64,000 nt of DNA from Phaeosaccion multiseriatum. Lineage: Eukaryota > Protista > Ochrophyta, other classes. A program made the translations under genes and the position numbers. Positions 13,129 through 24,473 of the stretch are shown piece by piece (position 1 is the stretch's first letter; each line of letters opens with the position of its first letter). The DNA is taken from contig OZ218963.1 in assembly GCA_965112735.1 (NCBI GenBank), positions 2,666,001 to 2,730,000 on the forward strand, read 5' to 3'. The notes beneath the pieces were generated by a model. The model worked only from the letters and a program-made list of their open reading frames with translations. It ran no database searches and was not told the origin of the DNA.

Positions 13129-15768
13129 ATGGCTGACGTCGCTGTTGCTACGGTTCCGGAAGCACCAGCAGCAGAGGGGGAAGAAGCACCGCTTACTGCA
13201 GAGCAGCAGCAGATTCAGAACCTCCGAAACAACACCATCGCCCCACGCTCGAGAAGTGGATATGCATGCGCCTCCACCATGCTGATCCGATACCTCTTCC
13301 GCAAGCACCCGGAGCTTCTGGACCCTGACTTCAGGACAGCATTTGCTCCACCGGAAGGGGAAGAGGAGGAAGACGGGGAAGATGGGGAAGAGGAGGAAGC
13401 ACAGAGGAGAGCAGCAGCAGCCGCAGCAGCCGCCGCACCTGGCGGAGCGGGTGGTGCCACTGCAGCGGCACAGCAGACGCCGGCTGAGGTGTCGAGAGCA
13501 GCGAAAGCCCAAGCAAAGGCCAAGAAGAAGGCTGAGGCGCAGTGGACGAAGCGGGTGAAGGCACACTTGATCCAAGCACCTCGGGCGCCGCACCCTTTGC
13601 TGTTCCATCTGCTGACAGCCGACGCGTTCTTCGGGTGGCTGCTTGAAGTCAAGAAGGGGCCGAAGGGCTTATCCAAGGCCGGTGCACAGTCGAAACGCTC
13701 TGCACTCTTCAATCTGTACAGAGACTACCATCAGGAGGAACAGCACCGCAAATTGCAAAGCGACCTTGCGACGCTCACCAAGGGGCTGAAGAGGACGATC
13801 GCAGGAGAGAAGCAGGAGGGAAATGTCGAAGTCAGAGAAGGGAAGGCTCCCATGCCGTTCGCTCTCTACCGCGCTCTTGCCAAAGGTAAATTCCCAGCTG
13901 TGTGGAGTCAGTGGACAGTGGAAACTAGTGGAGTGGGTGGAGACAAGTGGCTGATGCATTGAATGCCCCCTACTCACTTCCTAGCCCTGACGCCGTCTTT
14001 GGTTGCCACTGTTTCCTTCGCTTGTGTACATCGCAGCAATGCTGAGCTCGGCAGTCTGTGAGAACGGGCACAGACAGGGCGCCTTTGGCCACCCCTTCCT
14101 CGTTCTCTCCTGGAATCTGATGTGCCGCGCCACCAACTGTGTGGAGATTTGTCTCGATCATCTCGAGTGGAAGGGGGACGCGCTCTGCGTCTATTTTGGG
14201 AAGCAAAAGGGCGATCAGCTGGGAGAGAAGGCCCGACATCCTCGCCACGTCTACGCGAATCCAATCATGCCGGAGATCTGCCCCGTCCTCGCGCTTGGTG
14301 TTTACCTCCTGAGCTTTGGTTTTGAGAAGAACGCGCTGTTCGCTGGCAACAATCAGTACGATAGGTATTGCGGCTTCCTCAGACGTACGGCGGCGGCGAA
14401 CTCGTCCATTTTGGAAGGCATGGGGCTGACTCCAGAGGACCTCGGCACTCATTCTGGGCGCAAGGGCGCTGCCTCGCACGTCACAAGCGGCTCGTCCGCT
14501 GCTCCCAACCCAATAGCTGTGCAACTTCGAATGGGATGGTCTCTTCCCGGCGTGCAGGGCATCTACGTCAACCCCATCAATGCAGCAGATCAGTATGTGG
14601 GCCGGGCTGCCTCCGGCGCGAACATCTCAGCGAAGGAGTTTGCATTGCTTCCTCCCTTTTTTCAGCGCCTCAAGGTGGACGGCACAGCGAAGGAGGGCAT
14701 TGAAGACGTGCTCGCGGGAGCCATTGTGAGCTGCTTCAGGGACGTGCCGCTGAGATTGAGGAAGGTGGCTGAATTCTGTCTTGCCAGTGTGGTGTACCAC
14801 GCCGGCTTTCTGCGCAGCACTCTTCAGGAGAATCACCCTCTTTTCACGACACAGCTCTTCCGAGATCAAAGGTTGCTGGCGGACCTTTCAGAGCATGTCG
14901 TGCTGAAGTATCCGGACGAGACGGACGAGATTTCTGCAACCGGGATTCCTCCCCACGTCGTGCAGCTGAGGCAATTCCAAGTCGTGGCGGACAGCGTGGC
15001 CTCTCTAGGCGGCAAGCTTGAGGTGTTGGGCCAGACGATCAAGGTCGACTTGGAGACGCTGATCCGTGACGTTCTGGAGGAGAATGCACAGGCCTCTGGC
15101 ACTGTCACCAGTCTGGGTGTGAGCAGGGCCCTGCAGACGACCCTCGACGCAGCCTTTTCTAAGAGTGGGCTCAGCGACCTTCTCGCGGCTCACCAGGCAG
15201 GCACTCTGGGCCTTGGTGAGGGTTCGAGCAGCGCCCCGCCCTCTTCTTCTTCTTGTGCAGGTGCAGATCAGCCACCTCTATCTCTACAACGGCCGGTGGC
15301 ATACCCTTCCCGAGCACTTTGAGGTCCCTAGCTTCACTGTGCGCGCTGCTTGGGATGCTTGGATGACAGGCACTCCTCGCCTTCGAGAATTCACGACAGC
15401 AGACGTGCAGGGGAGGGCGGAGAAGCGAAGGATGTCAAAATTTTGCTGTTTGATGGGTGCGATTGAATCCGCGGCGAAAGAAAAGGGGCTCTGGAAGGAC
15501 AAGCCGACGCTTGAAGAAGCGCGAAGCATGTTTGACGCAGTCAAAGACGCCTTTGACATCAAGTCTCGTTCTGATTCTCACAAGCGCCGCTTCAATCAGC
15601 TGGTGTGGACCACCGTGTATAATTTATGGAGCGCGCAGCAGGCGGACGCGAAAAAACGGGCGAAGCGGGCGAGGGCGAAGGAAAGTGGCACTGGTGCAGA
15701 CGAGTCGAAGGAGGGGGATGGAGGTGATAGCGGTGCAGAGGACGACGAGGAGGGAGGTGGCAGCAGCA

Positions 15769-15799
<31 letters not shown>

Positions 15800-16184
15800 A
15801 ACAGGAGGAGGCGGAGCCGGAGGAGGACGAGGAGGAAGGGGTGGGGGAAGGGGGGCCCAAAAAAAACAGCGTACTGGTACTGGTACTGCTTCTGATGCTG
15901 CTTCTGCTGCTGCCTCTGATGCGGCCGCTGCGGCCGCTACTGCCGCTGCTGCCGCGTCAGCAGCGCCGTCGTTGGGCGGCTTGAGAGAGGGAGACATGGC
16001 CTTCACATGCTCGTATGGCTGTACTAAGCCCTCGCAAGTCAAGCTGTTCCTCTGCCCATCCGAAAGAGCGTGTGGAAACCTCGTGCACCACATGTGCACC
16101 GTCGAGTTTTGCGACAGCAAGGGTTTTGCGGAAGGCGATTTTGACTACTACTGTAAGCCATGCATGATTGAGGACGGACACTAA
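13129..16184 (+). CDS. Crypton (CryptonF-like) tyrosine recombinase, spliced, with C-terminal PHD-like zinc finger
   Basis: GT-AG intron 13886-14036 restores ...LYRALAKAMLSS. Catalytic motifs WNLMCR, KGDQ, HSGRKG, MGWS and GIYV; also HVYANP...CPVLAL. A second frame change near 15200-15260 has a pyrimidine tract and CAG, but the donor is unresolved. Ends CSYGC...C...C...HHMC...CKPC. Confidence 0.88.
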
Positions 16185-16358
16185 GTGTGTCTGTAAATAT
16201 GAATACCATTGTTATCGTGGTAATACCATTAAATCGTCATATCATAGCGTAGTATATTTTGGAGGAGGAGGGGAGAGATACAAAAAAAAGGAGGGGGGGG
16301 GGGAGGGGCGCTACTGGTCCATATTGGGTACTGTACTAAAAATACCCACTTTCACCGA

Positions 16359-16377
16359 GTGGGGCATCTCGCCCCAC
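16359..16377. repeat. Palindrome GTGGGGC-ATCTC-GCCCCAC downstream of the Crypton ORF
   Basis: 7-bp inverted arms with the same arm sequence as 12856-12873. Confidence 0.7.
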
Positions 16378-17202
16378 CAAAACCGGTCATCAATAGATAT
16401 ATATAACCCTAACCCTAAGTATGTCATATTTCACGGACGTCAGCTTTTTGACTATTTGAAATAAAGGGATACGAGCATGACGAAAAGGCCTAAAAGATGG
16501 GGGTGTTTCGGTGCTGCCTGTAGGCGACGGAGGTCTCCCCAGAGGCGCACGCGCCCCCACCCACACCGTTGGGTGCCTTTACGTAAGCATGGTGAAGGTC
16601 GTTGGAATTTGACCGGCCGTTTGGCCAAGATCTGCGAATTTCCGCGCATGTGTTTGCCGACGCGAGCATTGCCAATTTCAAACACAGACGGGCGTTGGGG
16701 TGGGGGAGGGCCAGGGAGGGGGTGCTCCAGGGGCCAGGACTATCGGCTGCCGTCGGCAGGCTGTGGCTCAGGCCAGTTGTAGGTCATGGCGCGCGACGTT
16801 GTCCATGACTGCTGCGGCTCTAAGATGCAAAAGCACAGAGTGGGTTGCCGTGAGCACCCCCCCTCGAACGACCAACAGGGGGGAGGCGGCAGCAGCTCTG
16901 CTGGCGGGGACGGGGCAGTGGCACAGGCTGCTGGTGGGCAGGCGGCGGCACCAGCTCCCAAGAAGGCAGGCGCGGCAGAGAGGCGGCGGCGGCAAACAGA
17001 GGAGGAGCAGTGGCAGGTCGACCCGGACTGCCCCATAGTGCTGGTCATGGAGAAGGCCTTTAAAGGTGTTACGACAGACGAGAGCGCACAGGCGTCGGCA
17101 GAGAGCATTGCTAATGGCCTGGGCCAAGCCCTCAGAGCTTCTCGGATGGATGGCCGTCCGGGAAACGTCCTCAGGACCATGTTAGACGACGAGCACTACG
17201 CG

Positions 17203-18423
17203 GTGAGTGAAGGGAAAGTGCCCACGCTGGCGAGGATTGTGAAGTTCCGCTGGCGCAAAGCCACGGGGCTGCCACTGCGGCGAGAGTATAACGTGCGGTG
17301 GGCGGTGGCGGACGGCGGCACTTTCCAGACCTGGGAATGGGCTGAATGGTTGCTGGAGCGGGAACACGCCAAGGCCATAGAGGCGTTCGAGAACGCCCTT
17401 CCGCACACTGCCCTTGATCCAGGAGTGAATCTCAAAAGAGGGCATAGGTCTAAACGGGAAAGCACGATCCGTCTGCGGCAACATGAGAAGTGGGGCAGCG
17501 GTCTGGCGCACGAGACGCAATTCTATCGCTCGCATCTCGGCTTCTGAGTGTTAGAAGTCGTGCTTTTGCTAGACTGGTACCTACCCTCTGAATTCAGACC
17601 GGGAGGTACCAGTCTATCAAAGCACGACTTCTAACAAGCCCATTGCTAGAAGTCGAACCCCCCCCCCCCCACCGCACATAGTGGAGAGAAGTAACTCGCA
17701 GTCTGGGAATCAGACTAATGGGTGCCAGCCGGTACCAGTTTTCGCCGAAAAACACGCTTTTTTCACAAGCTACAGCCAGGGTTCGAACTCGCAATGGCCT
17801 TGTTAGAAGTCGTGCTTTTGCTAGACTGGTACCTCCCGGTCTGAATATATCCTGAACCTGAATATATTATATTATATTCAGACCGGGAGGTACCAGTCTA
17901 GCAAAAGCACGACTTCTAACAAGGCCATTGCGAGTTCGAACCCTGGCTGTAGCTTGTGAAAAAAGCGTGTTTTTCGGCGAAAACTGGTACCGGCTGGCAC
18001 CCATTAGTCTGATTCCCAGACTGCGAGTTACTTCTCTCCACTATGTGCGGTGGGGGGGGGGGGGTTCGACTTCTAGCAATGGGCTTGTTAGAAGTCGTGC
18101 TTTTGCTAGACTGGTACCTACCCTCTGAATATTTTTATTATAATTCAGAGGGTAGGTACCAGTCTAGCAAAAGCACGACTTCTAACATGAGGGAGCTGGC
18201 GGAAGAGGCGGGGGCGTAGTGAGGGGGATGTTAGAAGTGGCCTAGTTGGGGTCCCTTGGGGACCCAATCAGTAGTGTAACGGCCGGAAAACGGGCCAACG
18301 AGACGGTACATCAGTAATAAAGAAAGGAAGCGCAGCCTGCGTGTGGGCTGGCTTCCGGGTGCTTGCTTCAGCTTCTGCTCTGCTCTAGCTTGGCTTTGAG
18401 GCTAGCTGTCGGTAGTTTCGACC
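17203..18423 (+). mobile_element. Gy-EXO 3' fragment V (chromodomain, PPT, 3' LTR 18229-~18423), carrying an HP-A dimer
   Basis: Matches 59575-60675 once insertions are removed. Confidence 0.92.
17549..18187. mobile_element. HP-A head-to-head inverted dimer (hairpins 17549-17636, 17801-17921, 18086-18187)
   Basis: TGTTAGAAG...CTTCTAACA ends. TSD TGAG confirmed against the empty site near 59917. The whole unit is a ~640-bp palindrome. Confidence 0.93.
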
Positions 18424-18901
18424 AAGACTATGTATAGGTAGGCATCTCAAAGAGCTACACGAAGAGCTATAGCGCTCCTCCCAGCCAGCGTCATTTTCCT
18501 GCAAATGCGCAAAAACCGTTTTGGGCCGGAAATCCGGCGATTTGGGCGATTTTTGATTTTTACGCAAACGGAGTGTTAAAAAATGAATGAAAGAGAATCA
18601 ATCTCAGTTCTCAATGTGGTTATTACTGTGACATTTCATTTATTTTAATTAATTGAATAAGGCTAGCTTAAATAAGGTGTTAAATAAGGCGGGCTAAATA
18701 AGCAGAACCAGGCGGGGCTTAATTAAGGCCTAAAGGTTCTGACATAAGCTCAAATTTAAAATTAAGCCCTATTTTGGCCTAATAATTCGTTTTCGTTTTT
18801 GTGATCCTGGGATTAGCAATGAATGTAAACCCCTCTTTCCGCCCCTTTCTACATCCTATCGGTCTTTATTGAGCCTCTCTATCCCCTTTCGGCATCGTGG
18901 C

Positions 18902-20113
18902 ATGGCGTTGTCCTTCACTTTGGCGTATATTATCTTACTGCTGCAAGCAGTGAAGCACTTCGCGACTCCATTACCTCATGGTGCTAGTAGGCGGAGGGTA
19001 GAGGAAGGCGAAGGAACAGCACAATTGGGGGACGAGAAGAAGCGAGAGGGGGAAGAGGGTGAAGTAGAGAGAGTCTGCGCTGACCTTGGACTGCCCGCTT
19101 GCCGCCCACCTTCCACCGGCTCTATCTTTGTTACTAGGGAAGACCCGCGCGGCCCTTTGCACTATCTTCATATTCCAAAGACAGGATCATCTTTTGAGGG
19201 CTTGTTAATTGAGTATGGGTGTAATACAGAAACGATGGCGGTGATTGATGGCGGGAAGATGAATCACGTTGAACCTATTTCGCGTCTTGGCAACGTCGTG
19301 CACAAAACCGGAAAGCCATGGTATTTCTTCTGCTCTGTGGATCTATTTTCCGACATGGGTCGACGGCCAGACGACTACATCAAACTTCCAACCGGGGTGC
19401 GGTTGGGGCACAATGGGCTGACCCCAGAACTGACAGTAGCTGCCGCAAGCAACACGATAAGCCTTGTGACAATGCTGCGTGACCCGCTGGACAGAATTGT
19501 GTCCGGGTTTTTCCACAATTTTCACGACTGCGGGCCTATGCAGCGAGAGTTCGGCATCAATGAGCACGCATCCGTCTATGATGCCGATTTTGGCATAGAG
19601 AAAGTATTCCCAACTGATATTCGCCCAGGGCACGCCAGTAATAGGACGGGTGCTTCACTGGAGCTGTTGATTCAAGAGTATGCACAGTGTGTGGACGGTC
19701 TCCCCATCATGATGATGGTGCCTGAAGTGCTACGCAGCCCTTTCCATCGGCCTTCTGAGGAAGAAATCGACATGGCTGTGCAAATGATTGAGGACAACAC
19801 TTTCGCGTACATTGGGTTCACTAATCGGTGGGAAGAGAGTATGTGTCTCTTTCGGAGGAAGTTTCCCGCCATTTACTCGGCTCGCATCTTCCACAACTCA
19901 AGGCCAGGGTTCGCCTCGAAGAAGGGAAGTAACAACGCTGCGTTGGCGGGCAGCGAGGATGAGAGGAGGGGGGATAACGACAGAAGCCCTGCGGTCATGA
20001 GAATGAAAGCACGTGAAATTCTTGCAGTGAAGGGCTTCTCAGCGGCCGAGCAGCGGGTGTATGATGCAGCACTGGCGGTCTTTGACCAAGCAGTTGCCCC
20101 ATGTACACAATAA
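18902..20113 (+). CDS. Membrane-anchored (Golgi-type) sulfotransferase
   Basis: N-terminal hydrophobic anchor; YLHIPKTGSS (5'-PSB); TMLRDPLDRIVSGF (3'-PB); FAYIGFTNRWEES. Confidence 0.85.
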   Translation: MALSFTLAYIILLLQAVKHFATPLPHGASRRRVEEGEGTAQLGDEKKREGEEGEVERVCADLGLPACRPPSTGSIFVTREDPRGPLHYLHIPKTGSSFEGLLIEYGCNTETMAVIDGGKMNHVEPISRLGNVVHKTGKPWYFFCSVDLFSDMGRRPDDYIKLPTGVRLGHNGLTPELTVAAASNTISLVTMLRDPLDRIVSGFFHNFHDCGPMQREFGINEHASVYDADFGIEKVFPTDIRPGHASNRTGASLELLIQEYAQCVDGLPIMMMVPEVLRSPFHRPSEEEIDMAVQMIEDNTFAYIGFTNRWEESMCLFRRKFPAIYSARIFHNSRPGFASKKGSNNAALAGSEDERRGDNDRSPAVMRMKAREILAVKGFSAAEQRVYDAALAVFDQAVAPCTQ

Positions 20114-20550
20114 GCCCCACATGGGATGAGGATGCATGAAGTGAATGGCGGCGAGTAAGGAGGCGGGCATCGTAACTCATTAATGCAATACTAGGTTCAG
20201 GATAATTTGACGTTATCTGAGCCTAGCTGTTGCGATATCTCCTCTACGATGACAGGGACAAGCTAGAGTAGTGTCAACTCGTGTATTAATAATACCTACT
20301 GAGAGATGCGTTCAAGGAAGTGATGGCCGTGGCCATACATGAATATCGATATCCACATCGATATTGTACGTCGATATAGTGCTCAGTCACAAATGGCGAT
20401 ACTTATCACAACACCCTCCTATGACTGAATCACTATCTCTCTTGATAGCTGACACTCTACCACAAACACAATGAGGAAACACCTGACTTGCCCTAAAACC
20501 CCCCCGAGACAAAGTCCTGAAAACCTCATACTAAAACTACTGAACTAAAA

Positions 20551-20990
20551 CTAGTCCCCCCCTTTCCTGTTTCCCTTCTTGAGCATCTGCCCCGCCAGAC
20601 CGCTGTGTACCTGAGGTGCCAATGCCTTGGTCATGATGTCCCCAAGCTGATCCTTTGTGCTGATGTACTGAAACCGAACGTGTCCCTTATCCACGTGGTA
20701 CTGCAGGAAATGATAACGAATGTCGATGTGACGTACGCGCTTGGTGCCCGCGTTGCCATTTGCCATCTGAATGCACCCTTGATTGTCCTCGTGCAAAATC
20801 GACTCCGTCATGTTGGCTCCTGGAAACAGAAACTCCAGAATCCCTCTGTGAAACAGTAACTCCTTCACTGCTTCCGCTTGCGGCCATGTACTCACTCTCC
20901 ATAGAGCACTGTGCTATGACCTTAAATAGTGTTGCCTTGTGAGCAATCACTCCCCCGCCGAATGTCACGACGTATCCCCCTGAGTTCCTG
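20551..20990 (-). pseudogene. Copia RNase H, frameshifted
   Basis: SGGYVVTFGGGVIAHK...SMESEYMA, then EDNQGCI...RHIDIRYHF...STKDQLGDIMTKAL. Confidence 0.9.
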
Positions 20991-22256
20991 CGCCTGTCGA
21001 CCTTGGTCCTGCTTCCACGTTGACCTCTACTGTACAGATCTCGCTCGCACCGAACCCTCGTGCCACGCTGACCCCTTCCGTACTTCTCTGTGGGTAGCGC
21101 ATCCCAGTCCGTCTCATGTGCGCCTCTGTCACCCTCACTGGTTGTCTCATACGTCCAATAATGACTGGCCTGCATAGTCTCCAGGTTCTGCTCTGCCTTG
21201 CTGTAATCTGGTTGCTCTGCTCTTGCTGCTCCGCTCTGCCTTGCTCTGATATGGCTGCTCTGCTCTGCCTTGCTCTGCTCTGGCTGTTCTTCTCTTGCTG
21301 CTCTGCCCTGCCTCGCTCTGCTCTGGCTTGCTCTGCTATGCCGCACTTCCTGCCGCTGCTCGGCTGTTGGACACCTCTGTCTCTGCTGGCTCTGCCTGCT
21401 GCCGCTTCCGCTGTGCGACTGGCTCTGCCTGTCTGTTGTCTTTGCCCCTTTCGGGAGTGGGCCCGTCCCTGCACGACGCTGCATATACTCTCCCGCCCGG
21501 CAGCGGAATGTCCGATGCTACCTGTGCCTCGAGTCTCATAGACTTTCTCGTTGGTGCCACTGCCTCTCCGTGCAGGTCTGCTTTCCCTACTTCTGTCTGC
21601 TTTTCTTCCTGCGCTGCCTGCTGCTGTTTGCGCTGCTGTTCGCGCTGCTGTTCGCGCTGCTCCACCAGTTGCGCCGTGTTTTCTCTGACTCCCTCTCTCT
21701 CTGTGGGACTCACGTCAGTCCCCACAAGCCCGCGGCTTGCTCCTACCCCTACCAAGTTCTCTACTCCTGGGTATATCTGGATGGCCTCCAACTCTGCCAT
21801 CGACTCTGTTTTCCCCGGCTCTCGCTGCCGTGGCTCAGCCTGTTTCGGCTCTGGTTGCTGCTCTGCCTCTTCCGGCTCTGCACGCTCTGGTTGCTGCTCT
21901 ACCGCTCCCGGCTTTGCACGCTCTGGTTGCTGCTCTGCCGCTCCCGGCTCTGCACGCTCTGGTTGTTGCTCTGCCTCTTCCGGCTTTGCGCGCTCTGGGC
22001 CCTGCTGTTCCTCGGGCCGGTCTACTGACGAACCTTCTCCGTGGCTCCCGCTGTCACCACTTCCCCCCTCCGCACTGCTTCTACTTCGTCCCCAGGGTTG
22101 GCTCTCATCCTCCCTGTCTGCTCCCTCTTGCGACTGGTTTGACACCGATACTTCCGGTGCCATTGCCACCCCCTCCTGGCTGCTGCTGCTGCGTCCCCAG
22201 GGTGGGTCTTCTTCCTTCCGCGAGATCTGACTTCCCGCATTTTGCTCATCGTCCCC

Positions 22257-22796
22257 TGTAAGAAGGCATCCTTTTGCTAGGCTGGCAGCTATCCACTGAA
22301 TATTCACGGGATAGCTGCCAGCCTAGCAAAAGGAAGCCTTCTTACATGCCTGTCAGTTAAGGTCGATCCTTCCCCCCCCTCCGAAAACTCCTCCGAAAAC
22401 CTTGGGGGGGTAACTACCTAGGATTTCTCCCACACCGAGCCCGTGAATTTCAGTGTCATGCCCAACTTTCGCCCTCGGAAATTTTCTCACCATCCACAGA
22501 ATCGAACCCCGTCTGGGCATGTAAGAAGGCATCCTTTTGCTAGGCTGGCAGCTACCCCCGTGAATATCGAGGGCGAAAGTTGGGCATGACACTGAAATTC
22601 GAGGTAACGGGCTCGGTGTGGGAGAAATCCTAGGTAGTTACCCCCCCAAGGTTTTCGGAGGAGTTTTCGGAGGGGGGGGAAGGATCGACCTTAACTGACA
22701 GGCATGTAAGAAGGCATCCTTTTGCTAGGCTGGCAGCTATCCACTGAATATATTCAGTGGATAGCTGCCAGCCTAGCAAAAGGAAGCCTTCTTACA
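22257..22796. mobile_element. HP-B head-to-head dimer with a partially deleted central hairpin
   Basis: TGTAAGAAG...CTTCTTACA ends; CCCC on both sides; two inverted internal copies. Confidence 0.9.
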
Positions 22797-23051
22797 CCCC
22801 CCCACCCCCTGTATCACCAGGTGGGGTATTTCGTGCTGGCGCCGCTGCACTGACCTTCCTGACGCTGTATCTTGGGGATGGTGCTTGTGCACCGCCCCCC
22901 CCTACTCTGTAGTAGTCTGAGGGTTCACTGATAGACTCTGCACCAGTGTTCCACTCTCTCCGCGGGATCTGACTTCCCGCATTTTTTCTCATCCCCCCTT
23001 CCCCGGTATCGCCGGGTGGCTGGGGTGCGGGGGACTGGTGCCGCTGCACCT

Positions 23052-23203
23052 TGTTAGAAGTCGTACTTTTGCTAGACTGATACCTCCCGGTCTGAATTCT
23101 TCTAGCAACGGTCTTGTTAGAAGTCGTACTTTTGCTAGACTGATACCTCCCGGTCTGAATTCAGAGGGCAGGTATCAGTCTAGCAAAAGTACGACTTCTA
23201 ACA
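23052..23203. mobile_element. HP-A deletion derivative (half hairpin, short spacer, full hairpin)
   Basis: TSD ACCT; interrupts the Copia-1 gag-like ORF. Confidence 0.9.
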
Positions 23204-24111
23204 ACCTGTCCCTCCTCTGCCCGAGCTGCTACTGCCACCTCTGCGGCTGCTGCTCGAGTTTACTCTGGCCTTTGTGGCCCCCAACACTGTTCCTCCTCCC
23301 GAGGTCTTGCTGGCCGACGCTGCCGCGGTCTTATTTCCCCCGCGCAGTGCCCTAAGTGCTTTCGTCTCGCTGTTCTCTGGCGTTGACGTTAGCTCCAACA
23401 CCTGTTGTGCTGGCCTCCCCCCACTGGGAGCTTCTATTCCTCCTCTTGAGGAACTGGTGGCTGGCTCTGCGGCGGTGTCTCGCCCCGCATCTGCTGCCTC
23501 CCACTGGTTACGGAGTTCGGCAAACTCTTCCTCCATTTGCTTCATCTCTCTCCGCAACTTTAATATGGCGATCTCTTTCGCCATCATCTCCAGCTGTTTC
23601 TTCAGCTGCTGCATTTCGTTTCTCTCTGTCTCTGAAAGTGCACTGACGGGCGCCGCTGCGTCCGCCTTTCCAACGCCTTCTTCTTCCGCGCCTGGCATGG
23701 CTAACGAAAGGACTCCCTTCTCTCTCACGTGAGTTATCCGACCAAAACTCGCCTGTGTGCCGTCGCCGACTACTCGTAGAACCAGCTAGCTGTGAAGTGT
23801 CGCGACAGCTGTCGTGTTGCGATATCTCCTCTACGATGACAGGGACAAGCTAGAGTAGTGTCAACTCGTGTATTAATAATACCTACTGAGAGATGCGTTC
23901 AAGGAAGTGATGGCCGTGGCCATACATGAATATCGATATCCACATCGATATTGTACTTCGATATGGTGCTCAGTCACAAATGGCGATACTTATCACAACA
24001 CTAGCACATACTATACCATTAGCAATGACAAGGACGTGAATTTCGCCGACACAGCGGTCGTCGCGTAGTGTTGTGAGATGATTCTTAGTGGGGTCTGTGG
24101 GATGCTCAGTA

Positions 24112-24235
24112 TGTGGTGTGGGGCCGCTATAGGACACGCCGACCATTGACTTATGGTCCTTCTCACTCTGAGGCCTTCCAACATCCCCAATGCCTATCCC
24201 GTAACCTTCCAACATCCCCAATGCCTATCCCGTCT
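24112..24235 (-). repeat. Fragment of an E-related element (PPT/LTR-start repeats and LTR start)
   Basis: Two copies of CCTTCCAACATCCCCAATGCCTATCCCG, as in E (35430-35480), followed by a diverged E LTR start. Confidence 0.65.
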
Positions 24236-24473
24236 CTGCGACCACCACCGCCGCAAGGTCTAGAACCCCAAATGTTGTGCCGTCTCCGCAGCGATGCCCA
24301 TCCCCCACTTCTCGTGCAACATGGCGCGCACGGTGCGCTCTTAAGCCGAGTCAATTCCTCCTTGCAAATGCTATGTCGCTCACAACCATGCTAGCGGCTA
24401 TCACCCACGAACCCACCCGGCTATCACACAGTCAGCCTGTTCGTCTTCAATGCCACTTGCCTCTAGGCGCTTC

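Larger units (their letters stand above)
20228..24000 (-). mobile_element. Internally deleted Ty1/Copia element Copia-1
   Basis: Near-identical 186-bp LTRs at 20228-20413 and 23815-24000 (TG...CA). 5-bp TSD CTAGC. PPT AGGAGGG. Retains a gag-like start, a Q/E-rich repeat region and Copia RNase H. No RT or integrase seen. Confidence 0.92.

Noticed and set aside
16404-16418. Telomeric repeat (AACCCT x2)
   Set aside because: Only about two units; not distinguishable from chance.
17925-17950. tRNA gene suggested by GTTCGAA
   Set aside because: No cloverleaf or T-stem pairing; kept only as a B-box-like motif.
17594-18128. Short ORFs within HP elements (also 22353-22592, 24835-25038, 48734-48940)
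   Set aside because: They are not conserved between families A and B, are broken by indels, and mostly rely on non-ATG starts.
17549-18187. CRISPR array suggested by palindromic repeats
   Set aside because: The repeats are ~90 bp, the intervening sequences are inverted copies of each other rather than unique spacers, no cas genes are present, and the context is eukaryotic TE.
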